Assembly (NCBI RefSeq): GCF_027921745.1
Contig: NC_079239.1
Span: 2,480,001 to 2,544,000 of the forward strand
Length of the DNA: 64,000 bases
Origin: Schizosaccharomyces osmophilus
Taxonomy: Eukaryota
Direction of reading: 5' to 3'
Positions 11,742 through 22,600 of this stretch are shown here, in pieces. A program made the position numbers and the translations under genes. The stretch's first letter is position 1; each line of letters opens with the position of its first letter. Below the pieces are notes generated by a model. It had not been told where the DNA came from, did not search any database, and saw only the letters and a list, made by a program, of their open reading frames with translations.

Positions 11742-13097
11742 TTACTTTTCCTTAACAGCTTGTAAAGCACAAAGAGCAGCACCAATACCACTACCGTCCT
11801 TAGCAATGCCAATGCTAATGTTCTTCTCATCTTCACCAAGCACATCCTTCAAAGCATCACGGAGCATGCCGACGAAGTTGGGGTAGTGCTCGACCAAGGA
11901 GCCGTCAACACCGATATCGGCCTTCTTACCGGCATGGCCAGTAGTAAGGTAAAGGGAAGCAATGGGAACGGAAGAGATACGGGCAGAGCGACGGCCAATA
12001 CAGTAAGCAACATCATAGATAAGCAAAGCTTCGCTGTCGTCGCGGAAGCGGATGCCGTAGGGACGAAGGACTTCCTTGATGTTTTCGGCGGAACGGTTGA
12101 CGACGATGCGAGAAAGCACGGAGGTCTCAAGGGACCAAGAGTCGGTGACGGAGGGAGGGATGATACCGTTGTTAAAGTTGTAAACCTTGATCAAATGGAA
12201 CAAGGCACGACGGAAGAGCTCACCCAAATACATACCAGAGACACGCTTCTCAAACATTTGACGGCCAGGGTTAGGAGTATCGTGATCGAGGAGCAAGTCG
12301 TAACGGGTAGCGGGAAGGCTCTTGAAGCTACTGGCTCCCCATTCGATGTTGATGAGCATCTTTTCTTTGTTGCCGGCGTCGTTGAGCTTAGGGATGTCGG
12401 AGGAGTTTTCGATGTAGGCACCGTTGGAACCAGTACCGAAAATAACACCCATGATGGTGTTGTAGGCATTGGAAGTATAAGCACGGGTAACGAGGGTACC
12501 GACAGTATCGTTGATAACGGCTTCGATGACAACAGGAAGCTTGCGGTCCTTCATACCTTGGGTCAAAGTGGAACCAAAGTCGAGGCCGATGGCTTCAGGG
12601 ATGTTGAAGCCCTTGGTCCAGCGAATAAGGGTGGTGTCAACGATGGAACGTTGGCTCATGGGGTAGGAGAAGGTGAAACCCATGGGAAGGAATTCCTTTT
12701 CGGGGACACCGACCTTTTCGGGGAAGTTTTCGTTGATGAAAAGTTCGATGTGGTCGCAGATGAAGTCAACCAAAGGTTGAGCAGACTCGTTACGAACGAT
12801 TTCTCTGGGCAAAGTAGCCTTGCTTTGCTTCATCTCATACTTGCCTTCACCGAGAAGACGAACCCAACAGACACGCAAGTTGGTACCACCCAAGTCAAGG
12901 GCCAAAAAGTCACCCGTTTCTTCACCAGTGGGAACACTGCTGATGTAGGCAGGTGCCATGGCAAGCATTTCGTCGTCCTTTTCAAGACCCTTTCTGCGAA
13001 GTTCATCGAAATCTTCCATAGCATGCTTTAAAGCATCTGTGGGGCATTCAAAGTCGCTGATCAGCTTCTTGACAGCTTGTTCAAGATTTGCTTCCAT
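11742..13097 (-). CDS. hxk2: Hexokinase 2 (glucokinase-type)
   Basis: DLGGTNLRV, GFTFSYP, INDTVGT, GTGSNGAY and DGSGIGAA motifs; strongly biased codons; synteny. Confidence 0.93.
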   Translation of the reverse strand: MEANLEQAVKKLISDFECPTDALKHAMEDFDELRRKGLEKDDEMLAMAPAYISSVPTGEETGDFLALDLGGTNLRVCWVRLLGEGKYEMKQSKATLPREIVRNESAQPLVDFICDHIELFINENFPEKVGVPEKEFLPMGFTFSYPMSQRSIVDTTLIRWTKGFNIPEAIGLDFGSTLTQGMKDRKLPVVIEAVINDTVGTLVTRAYTSNAYNTIMGVIFGTGSNGAYIENSSDIPKLNDAGNKEKMLINIEWGASSFKSLPATRYDLLLDHDTPNPGRQMFEKRVSGMYLGELFRRALFHLIKVYNFNNGIIPPSVTDSWSLETSVLSRIVVNRSAENIKEVLRPYGIRFRDDSEALLIYDVAYCIGRRSARISSVPIASLYLTTGHAGKKADIGVDGSLVEHYPNFVGMLRDALKDVLGEDEKNISIGIAKDGSGIGAALCALQAVKEK

Positions 13098-14563
13098 TAT
13101 GAAAAATAAAATGTAAACTAAAAAAATATGTTAGACAGACAGACAGACAGACAGAAAAAAAAAGAAAAAGCAAAAGCAAATGCTTTTTGTTGATTAGGAA
13201 ATTTTTTCTTACCAAAAAAAAGGAGAAAATTTTTCTACCAAAAAAGTGAATGTGGTAAAAGTAAGAAATCCGAAGAGGGAAGAATTTTTGTAATGTTTAC
13301 GGAACAACACCAAGTCTTCACAAAAAAAAAGTGAGAGAAATGTTCAAGTTTCGTTAAAAAAAAAAAAAAAACAGAAACAGAAAAATAAAAAAAAAAATAA
13401 AAGTAAAAAGAAAAATCAAGAAATTCCAAGTACAGACAAGAGCTTCGCTGTAATTCTTGGAGTGACGATGATATGAATAACGATGATGTTGTCGTTGCTT
13501 GACAAAAACAAGTTTGACAGTTTCAATCGTTTCCTTTTATACGACTCGGGTTGATGTAATCAACAAAGAAAGCGGTAGTATCGAACAACACAACACTTCC
13601 AGCGACCGGGATCGGAAGAACAAGCAAGCAAGCAAGCAGGCTAGTACACCTGATGACAGGAGAATATAAATACAACCTTGGACAAAAATTGACAGTCGCT
13701 CCTAAAGAAAAGGAAAAGTAACCAAGAAGAAAACGAAGATTGAAAAAGATATCAGAGATACGACACCAAAAATAAAAAAATAAAAAATAAAAAAATAAAA
13801 AAAAAGGGCGAGACGAAACGAAACGAAACGAAACTACAAGCAAATTACAAGCAAACAAGACTCAACGATTTCAAGAATCGCAAATTGAAAACTGGTAAAC
13901 AACAAAAGATTCACCGGAAAAAAGTGACGCAAGGGTGAAAAGGATCAATTAGCGGGACCGGATTTGAAAGCCAATAAAAAAAAGAATTGGAAGTGACGAA
14001 ATGCAAAAGGGATCTACGTAATGAATTCAAAAGATGATAGGTAGAAAAACTCGGAACAATTGACCGGGATGGAAAAAGATAGCCAATGGAAAGAGGAGGA
14101 ACAGGGTCGTTGTAATAGAAGAAACGATAGAGTGGAGACAAACAAAGGGTAGAGTTTATTAGATAGATGACCAGGAAGAAGGAAAGAACGTTGGGGGTGT
14201 CAATACGAGAGACGGAGAGGAAAGATGGAGGGGAGGTTTGTTTTGTTTTTGTTTGAGAAAAGAAAAAAAAAAGAATTTCAATCGATTTAATACACTCTAG
14301 TAGTAAAATATTAAAAGTAAAAAGTTGGTAAAATATGCTGATGCTGAGGGAGGGCGGCTCTTAACAAAGAAAGGAATGGAGATGAAGAAAAAGGCCCGAA
14401 GCGCTTTGTTTATATAGCGAGGTCATTCCTTGTTGACTCCGCACTGAAATCATTAAAGTTACCAATTAGAATGCTAAAAGCCTTTTTCTCTCCTAATCGT
14501 CTCCAATGACGCAAGGATCTTTGGTATAAGGTTCGCAGAGTCACAGTGGTGGTTGCTCTAGGT

Positions 14564-14603
14564 CCGGTGAGGCCTGGTGAGACTTGGTGAGACCTGGTGG
14601 AGG
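14564..14603. repeat. Four imperfect 10-bp tandem units (CTGGTGAGAC)
   Basis: ccggtgaggc-ctggtgagac-ttggtgagac-ctggtggagg. Confidence 0.7.
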
Positions 14604-14685
14604 AAGAAGGGCTGTGACTTGGGTTACTTGGGAGCATTGTAAAAGCAAAGACATGCTCTGCTGGTTGAACGTTGGCATTGAGCGG

Positions 14686-14688
<3 letters not shown>

Positions 14689-14716
<28 letters not shown>
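14689..14716. repeat. (GA)n microsatellite
   Basis: Uninterrupted GA run of about 14 units. Confidence 0.95.
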
Positions 14717-14723
<7 letters not shown>

Positions 14724-15129
14724 GCAAGGCAAAGATAATGTCGTGTCGTGTCGCATCCTCCTTTTGCTGCATGCATACTCGTTTCCGGCTATTGTTTACG
14801 TTTCGGAACAAACGGGGATGGGGACGGGGACGGGAACGAGAACGAGATCGGGAATTGAAACTGTAACTCTCTTGGTTCTCCTCTTTCCCCGTGCGATTCC
14901 AACTCCACCCGCGGAGTCGGTTGTTTACCTCCACCCCCGACCGAAGACCCCCGCTGTGGAATCGCAGGGACAAATCCCAGTACCCCACTAGGGACGGGCC
15001 CACTAAGAAGTCATCCCACTAGGGACTATGTGGGCCATTTCAAGGAAGAACACATCTACAGAGATCGCTCTCCAAGCGTTCTCTGGTGGAGGTCACACAC
15101 ACCACTTTCAGTGGAGGTTACTTGGTAAA

Positions 15130-15163
15130 GTAGTAGTAGTAGCAGTAGTAGTAGTAGTAGTAG
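15130..15163. repeat. (GTA)n microsatellite with one GCA interruption
   Basis: gtagtagtagtagcagtagtagtagtagtagtag. Confidence 0.9.
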
Positions 15164-15332
15164 AATACCAACACTAGAAAACAGCAATATTACTTTTTTT
15201 TTTTTTTATTTTTTTTTTCAATAAATTTGCATTTCTCTCTACAAGCTTATGCTTCAACACTCTATGTTTATGCACCATTGCATTCCTTTTCATTATCACT
15301 TTCATACTTTCATACGTTCATACGCTCATACG

Positions 15333-15857
15333 TTAGTACATGTTCCCTGTAGGATCTCTCCTAGAAGAAAATGTAATCTTTTCGCTTCCCTGAGTAGGCC
15401 CGTCATAGCTACCATACTGGAGACTATGGGTTCCTTCTCGAAGAACTCGTTGCTGCTGCGGCGAAAACGTACGAGGCTTTTTCTCTGCTAGCTTTGGTCC
15501 TAGCCCATGTACTTTGTTGGGAAATTTCTTCGCTGCATACCGAGAAAACGAGTGAATCGCTCGCAACACTTGTTCATCGTTTCGCCGTTCAAACAAGTCC
15601 GCTGTTTGAAACATATCTTGCGAGGGCACTCCAACCACTTGCTGAGCAAAATTGATAAATGTCGAAATGTTTTCCATTTGCACAAAAGGCATCTTGGAAT
15701 CTTTAAAGCGAATGTTCCCCTCCAATACTTCCTTGCAGATCTGACACAGCAATACTCCTGACCGTAATTGTTCTAACAGCTCTTCGTTTGCATTCAACGT
15801 TATACGTAGAGTTTCCTCAATCCATTCGCGAGCCTCCTGCTCTAGTTCCTTGGACAT
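15333..15857 (-). CDS. stg1: SM22/transgelin-like actin-binding protein
   Basis: Calponin-homology domain (LRSGVLLC, MPFVQMENISTF, FQTADLFE) plus a C-terminal calponin-like repeat; 174 aa from ATG 15857. Confidence 0.92.
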   Translation of the reverse strand: MSKELEQEAREWIEETLRITLNANEELLEQLRSGVLLCQICKEVLEGNIRFKDSKMPFVQMENISTFINFAQQVVGVPSQDMFQTADLFERRNDEQVLRAIHSFSRYAAKKFPNKVHGLGPKLAEKKPRTFSPQQQRVLREGTHSLQYGSYDGPTQGSEKITFSSRRDPTGNMY

Positions 15858-16221
15858 CTTTTTTCGCCTTTTCAATACCAAATCTCACAAGTCCGTTTGC
15901 AGTTGCTTTCGTGAACGAATTCCCTCTATATATAACAAATGTCCCTTTTCAAAGCTCTCTTTTGCCTGTAAACGATCTTTCCTTTGCTCACGATAGCTTT
16001 TCCTTTTTGGTATGCGAAAACCACGTTCCCAAGTCAGCAAATCTTTCCAACTGAAATTCGCATTCTTGATATCATCCAAACATACATAGAAAGCAAGATT
16101 AAGAGCAATTCTTTTTCTTTTTCTTTTTCAAAAGAAAAAAAAAAATAAAAAAATAAAAAAAAAAAAAAACAAGAAAACTCAGACTCCATACCCCGCATCA
16201 ACAAAATAAAAAAAACAGGAA

Positions 16222-16303
16222 CTCCCAAGGCGAGAATCGAACTCGCAACCTTCTGATAACCTTCATAAGAGTCAGACGCTCTAACCGATTGAGCTACCCG
16301 GGA
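16222..16303 (-). tRNA. tRNA-Lys(CTT) with 8-nt intron (16265-16258)
   Basis: TCCCGGG acceptor stem; anticodon arm TCTGA-CT-CTT-A-[tgaaggtt]-A-TCAGA; GTTCGATTC B-box; T-run downstream. Confidence 0.95.
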
Positions 16304-16990
16304 CTTTCTTATTTTTTCCAAATTCATAAACTTTCTATACTCATTTTTAAAACCAACAATTCTCAAATCATTCAGCTTCTACTAGAACTTTTTCAAACGT
16401 CTCTTTCATTAACATATCCACTCGCCCTTTATTTCTTTTCCTCTCTTCTCCTACACCTCCCTTCAATACCGCGTTACGATCAACTACGCTGTCCTTCCAT
16501 CCTACCTTTATAGGAATGCAACACCACTACCTGGGAACAAATGTAGACCATTTTTCATAAACGACGAGGTGCACACAGGATCTCTCATCCATTTGATTAC
16601 AAACATTCCTCTCGTGTGCTAACGACTTACGTTGGACGCCAAAAAGGCCGGATTCCTTTTTTCATACTCATCGTGTTCTGTTGTGTCATCTTTCCTCCTT
16701 TAATTGTTTTGGGTTCTCTGTACAATCTTATAAGCATTTCCTTCACTTGCTCGATCAGCGTTTGAAACATTTACACGCTATGATTTCTCGGAATTGATTG
16801 ATGTACATAGATTTCTTTTGACGAGATTTTAAAGACTCTTCTTTCTATCAGTTCTTTTTTATTTACTTATATATACAAAACTTAAACGATTTTCGGTTTA
16901 CTCTTGGAATCAGTTACACAAGTGGGTTTTCCCAATTGACTTGATTTGTGTTAAATTTCATTGTTTATTTCATTTTCAAGAATTGCTTCC

Positions 16991-19435
16991 ATGTCCAAAA
17001 GTTCTTTTTCCTCCAAACCAGCAATCACATATTCCAAAGTCGCTGCAACCTATTCGTCTAGGACACAGAAACCTATCTTCGATTACCAAGATTGGGCTCT
17101 TCAAACTCAAGGAAGTGTAAACTCGCTATCACCTAGTCCCGACTTTACAAAATTTGCAATTGCTGGCCGCGAACTCTTGGAAATTCTCGCCCTCAACCCA
17201 AATCCCACCAGAACTCCTATTCGAATCAAAAACTTTTCTTCCGGAAATACCCACGAAAAGAACACCTCCTGCAACGATGTCAAATGGGGAAACACGTTTT
17301 CCGAAAACTATTTATTTACTTGCTCCCCTTTAGGTGACCTAAATGTTTGGGATATTGATTCTTCCCAAAACATTTCCAAATTCACTGATCATTCAAGAGC
17401 CATTCATAGTATCGACATCTCCAAATTCCATTCTTCATACGTTCTAACTGCGTCGCAGGACGGCCTTACGAAGTTGTGGGATTTTCGTGAACCTCACTCC
17501 GCCCAAACGTTCCGGGGCAATTCAGAAGCCGCCAGAGATGTCGCATTCTCTCCTTCTGAAATCAATGAATTCGTCGTTGCCTATGATAACGGTACTGTCC
17601 AAAAATGGGATTTGCGTTATAGTAAAAGTCCTTCTCTAAAGCTTTCGGCTCATAATGGAGTTGCATTGTGTATTGATTATACTCCTAATGGCTCCCTACT
17701 CGCTTCTTGTGGACGAGACAAATCAATCCGAATTTGGGACATCAGCAATAATCAACGCAAAGCGTTTTCTACCATTAACACAATTGCTCCTGTAAACCTT
17801 GTTCGTTGGGAGCCGTCCGAGGCGAACAATGCTACCTGTAGGCTGGCCAGCTCTTCCCTTGTGGGTGATGATACTATAAACCTTTGGGATGTTCCCCGGC
17901 CCTATATTCCTCACCGCAGCCTCAACCATCATGAAAATAACGTAACAGCTTTGCAATGGATCTCTCCCAATGTCCTTTTGTCATCCAGCCGTGATGGAGT
18001 CCTTTCACAGTCTCGTCCAAACGATGCGATTAGCTACATAGATTTAATGCCCTCCTCTGCTGTGTCATGGTCTACAAACGGTTTGATTGCTTTTTCTTCT
18101 AATAGCAAAAAGAGTTTTAACAGTCGTCCCCAGGTTCATCGAACTCCTTCTCGTGAAAGTAATATAAGTTCTTTGAAGACTGCACTACATGCAAAGCAGG
18201 AACCGCACTTGTCGAAACAGAATTCCGGTAATTTTTCTGAACTTTCTTCTTCTCAAGATAATATCCAGCTGAGCACAGCTTCTTTATTTCATAATACTTG
18301 TCACCAGTTTGTCCAGCTTGCAAAGTCGTATCAGCTTGCTGGCGAAATCAGTACTGCATGTCAACAGAATGCCAAACTTGCTTGTCATTTCGGTGCCTAT
18401 GAAGCTCAGGCTATGTGGGATTTCTTATTCTTTTCTTCACTTAGTCCAAGTCATAGAGAACATTTCTTATCAATGGACGACTATGAGTTTTCGCTCTCTG
18501 ATGAAAATCATTCTATTTCAACAAAAAATAAGTCAGAGAAGAGTCAACACTCTTCAGCTGAGTCTGAAGCACTCTCTGATGACTTCTTTGAATCATTACT
18601 ATCCAGTTCATCTCTCAGTTCATCAATACTGTCGGTGGATTACGAGGATAACCTAGATAAGGCTGTGTCACAAAGCTTAAATCAAAGAACGGAACTTGGA
18701 ACATCCACGAATTCTCGCAAAGATGGAATACCATCTTTCCAAGGAGGTAGAAATAGTATCTCCTCATTACATTTTTTTGATTCGGTTGCTTCTAACGTTT
18801 CTGCTCATTCCCAGTACGATATGCCAAATTCTTTACACCAGGGCTCTATAACCTCCGCTTCAAACAAATCCCGGGATTATGGTACAAGTCTTGGAAGTTT
18901 GTCTAATCGCACTTCTATTTTTCATGAACAGTTCTCTTTTGGTGCCGAAGAGCAACCTCCTACAGATTTGATGGATGTGGTGACTTCGTCTATCGTACAA
19001 TGCATCGACGAGTCAGATGTACAGACTGGTGCTTCGGTGTATTTGTTGTTTTCCGCGTTTCCTATCAACATCCCCCGTCCTCAATTGGATGATTTGATAG
19101 ATAGTTATGTGGGCCTTTTACGGCGTATGGGAATGTTTTGTGAAGCATCATACGTCGTTAAACATTCCTCGCAAGTTGTTAAATATAAATATTCAGCAAA
19201 TCGCGATTTGTCATTCGGTTACAGGTCGAATTCAAAGGCTTTTACGAAAAATGTATATTCAAAGCTTGAGAGATGCTGTTTTTGTGAGTTACCTTTGAAC
19301 GGTATTATCACTTCATGTCATGGTTGTGGACATTTGGGTCATGAAAGTTGTTTGAGGGATTGGTTTTTTAATGAATCTGCTGAAGAAGGTTTGCTATGTC
19401 CTGTTCCCGGTTGTGGACAAGTATGCTTAGGATAA
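16991..19435 (+). CDS. sea2: SEA/GATOR2 subunit Sea2 (Rtc1/WDR24)
   Basis: N-terminal WD40 repeats, Ser-rich middle and C-terminal RING (CCFC...CHGCGHLGH...C...CPVPGC). Confidence 0.88.
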   Translation: MSKSSFSSKPAITYSKVAATYSSRTQKPIFDYQDWALQTQGSVNSLSPSPDFTKFAIAGRELLEILALNPNPTRTPIRIKNFSSGNTHEKNTSCNDVKWGNTFSENYLFTCSPLGDLNVWDIDSSQNISKFTDHSRAIHSIDISKFHSSYVLTASQDGLTKLWDFREPHSAQTFRGNSEAARDVAFSPSEINEFVVAYDNGTVQKWDLRYSKSPSLKLSAHNGVALCIDYTPNGSLLASCGRDKSIRIWDISNNQRKAFSTINTIAPVNLVRWEPSEANNATCRLASSSLVGDDTINLWDVPRPYIPHRSLNHHENNVTALQWISPNVLLSSSRDGVLSQSRPNDAISYIDLMPSSAVSWSTNGLIAFSSNSKKSFNSRPQVHRTPSRESNISSLKTALHAKQEPHLSKQNSGNFSELSSSQDNIQLSTASLFHNTCHQFVQLAKSYQLAGEISTACQQNAKLACHFGAYEAQAMWDFLFFSSLSPSHREHFLSMDDYEFSLSDENHSISTKNKSEKSQHSSAESEALSDDFFESLLSSSSLSSSILSVDYEDNLDKAVSQSLNQRTELGTSTNSRKDGIPSFQGGRNSISSLHFFDSVASNVSAHSQYDMPNSLHQGSITSASNKSRDYGTSLGSLSNRTSIFHEQFSFGAEEQPPTDLMDVVTSSIVQCIDESDVQTGASVYLLFSAFPINIPRPQLDDLIDSYVGLLRRMGMFCEASYVVKHSSQVVKYKYSANRDLSFGYRSNSKAFTKNVYSKLERCCFCELPLNGIITSCHGCGHLGHESCLRDWFFNESAEEGLLCPVPGCGQVCLG

Positions 19436-19677
19436 TATGAATTATGCTCTATTTTTTGATATTCTGTATTGGCAACAAACGAAATAATTGCTTTAAACAA
19501 AAACGTAGATAATATTTCTAAAATCATAAAAATCAATCACCTAAATATTTTATACATTATCAAAAGTTGTAGTTTATCCAATAGTTAGTTATTCTTCGTT
19601 CTTCATTACCTTCGACAAAACTTAGAGAAACCCTAATTTACAATGTGCACCATAAAGGTTACAGCTATTTCTTTTTT

Positions 19678-22600
19678 TTAAGCGAACGCATCAGGCATGT
19701 CTTCTTCAAAATGATCGTTTCCTTCCATCTCAGTATAGCTTATCACATGCGTAGGTCTATGTTCCAAAGCAAAGAATGAGAGTGGAACATCCAATTTCAT
19801 GCCGTATGTCATATTACCGCTAAAGCTAGCACCATTGAAATTGTAGTTCCACACATCCTCCTCTGGAGTTAAGAAGAACCCTTGAATCCGGTCAGATAGC
19901 AACAGCTGGCATTTTTGACCCATCTCAGGGTTGAATCCAACAGCTTCATCACTGTTAATATCCATATTGTTGCTACCCCAGCTGATTCCTTCATCAGTAA
20001 CACCATACGCTGCTAGGGAAATCGAGCCCGGCACATAACTTACTGTCAACGCAATCGATTTTCCAGCCCAATCCCCATGTTGGGTGCTTAGTTTGGCGTG
20101 TGTAGTTACGTCGGCAGAAGACAAGTAAGGTAACTCGGAGCTTTGAGTATGAACCCATCCCAAAGGTTCTAAATCATCCAAAATAGGAAGTTGTAAATCT
20201 TCTGGAAGCTTAGATGGAATTTGTACATTTTTGATGCTACCCAGCTGAGGGACCATAGCAATACAGTGAATCTCCTTGATCTGGGGGTTATCAGCAGGAC
20301 TTCTTCCATATAACATTCCGGCAACTTGCGTACGAAGATCTGAAATCATCACAAATTTTCTAAGTAGATTTTGAGGTAAGACGTAAGTGTAAGGTACAAT
20401 TTCACTTATGTTATCAGAATTAACATAGACATTCTTTGTTCGAAGATGAAGGTTCGTAGAAGAGATAGCTCGGTTTCTCCATTCTGTTTTGCTAGAAAAC
20501 TTTTCATTTTCGTACGCCGAGGTCGTTGTAACAACCATTTCATCACCATGAATGTTGGTTGTTTTGGTTGTTACAGCTGTAACCTGATCATTATCACGAC
20601 CTTGTTTTTCAATTTCAGCAATCTGTTGACGCTGCAAAGAGGGTGCTGAAATTGCCATACCTAAAATAATGTCACGAACTTCTGAGTTCGTTAAACTAGC
20701 AACATTCACATTGTTCTTCTTGGCATAATCTGCTAGAATTAAATCCCGAAGCTGGGGTTCGACATCTAGCCATTGTTGATCATCCAAGCTGGGCCAAATG
20801 TGATTTGCTTGGGTAATGATGGACTTGTCGGGACGAAGGATAAGTTTGGTCTTCTCGGGGTTGACATTCAGCGCCCTCAAGATTAATATAAGACGAGAAA
20901 ACGCAGTATAAGATGATACAGATTGAAGCCAATCATCATATAAATTAAAGAGTACCATTTGTGGCTCAGTAGCTCGAAGAATTAGATCATTTATCCTCTC
21001 CAGTTTAATGATAGCTTGGAAAGGAAGTTGAAGCTCGCTTCCTTTAATTGTGATATTTGGGAAATCAAGAAGATGTACCTCTAAGGGATCAAGCATACCC
21101 TTACGTGTGACAATAATCTGCTTAGGTTGTTCCTCAACAGGTAATGAACGGATCAAAGCAGCGACTTCCTCGGCAGTCTTCCACTTAGCTAACTGACCAA
21201 GACGTTTCTGACCTGCCCAAACAGATGTGTGAATAACCTTCAAAAATAATTGACCAGTCCTTGGATTGAAAATAAATATAGCACCATTGATAGGTTTTGT
21301 AGTCAAATTACCTTCGAAAGTCTTATGAATTGTTACACGGTAGACGTTAGTATCATCAACAAAGAGTTGTATCTGGTTGCTGAATAAATCAGCGTAATTT
21401 GAAGAAGAGAGATATTGCTCTTGTGGCTCGGAGGCATAGAGTTGCAAACCTTTGCGGATACGTTCACGCAAAACATAAAGGGCAGGGTTTGCCTTCATAA
21501 TTTTATTCATACTCTGTTGAATCAGCGGCTTCATTCCAGGGATCCAATTACCATAGGCACTATGCATGTTGTAGCACAAATCGATACCAATCAAAACACC
21601 TGTCGGTGATGGATAAATACTTTGAGAATCCGTGCTATAATCTAAGAACTTCGCACGAGTGTATCTTTCGATATCATGGGAATCATAATCACCGAAACGA
21701 AGCTGAACATCCACCCAGTATTTATTTGTTGTCGTATTATCAAGAACATCACGATTATCGTTAAGAAGAGATGGACGTGATACATTCCACTTATATGCAG
21801 CAAACAATAATATATCAGCACAAGAACTATTCATCTTATAACTCTTTCTTGGGTGAATGGTTTCCTTTTGAACGGTTTCTATCTGCAAAGATTCTAACTC
21901 CTGGTCAAATACTTGGCAAAGATCCCAAACGACTGATTCATGAATTTTTTGCCAAAGATGAGACCGGAAAATTTGAATAAGAGAAATCTTCAAAGTAGGA
22001 ATCTTTCCGTGCATCATAATACCAGTCAAATCCAACTGAACCTGAAAACCGACATACACGTTGGCTCGGTTAATTGTTGGACTCCACCATAAAGTGAATC
22101 TTCGGTTGGGGATTTGATTCAAACCTGAACGCTGGGCATTAGTAAGCTTCTTAAATTTCATTGACTCTTCGAATCCAGAAGCCTTTTCCCAAAATAGACC
22201 TTCCCATGAAGGGAAACCAGTTGCTTTGAACATTGTATGTTCTAAGATGCCTTCAACACCGCCGAGGGCTTGAATAACATCGACACGGTAGTTATTCAGC
22301 TGCCATAATTTTCCGTCATGACGCTGGCTTGTCCACCAAAAAGGATTATTTTTAAGCAACTGATACTGTTTAAACTCGGTTCGGATACGCCAACCCTTGT
22401 CATACGCAAGAGTGTGTCTATCTTTTTGGAACAGTGTGTTGATTCTTGGAATACCACGATCCCATGAATCTTCCAAGTCTTCTAATGTCAATCTTCGATT
22501 CTGTTGTAATGCTTCCTGTCTTTTCATTGCATATTCTGCCCAAACGCGTTGAGAATCTATAAATTCAGACTCCCAAGGCTGAATATAGCGATATAAATTG

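Noticed and set aside
11886..13031. 381-aa antisense ORF over hxk2
   Set aside because: Codon-register mirror of a highly biased gene, where scarce TTA/CTA/TCA codons mean no antisense stops; non-ATG start and no domain.
14410..15003. 197-aa and 135-aa ORFs upstream of hxk2
   Set aside because: They run through (GA)n and other simple repeats, have non-ATG starts and give low-complexity products.
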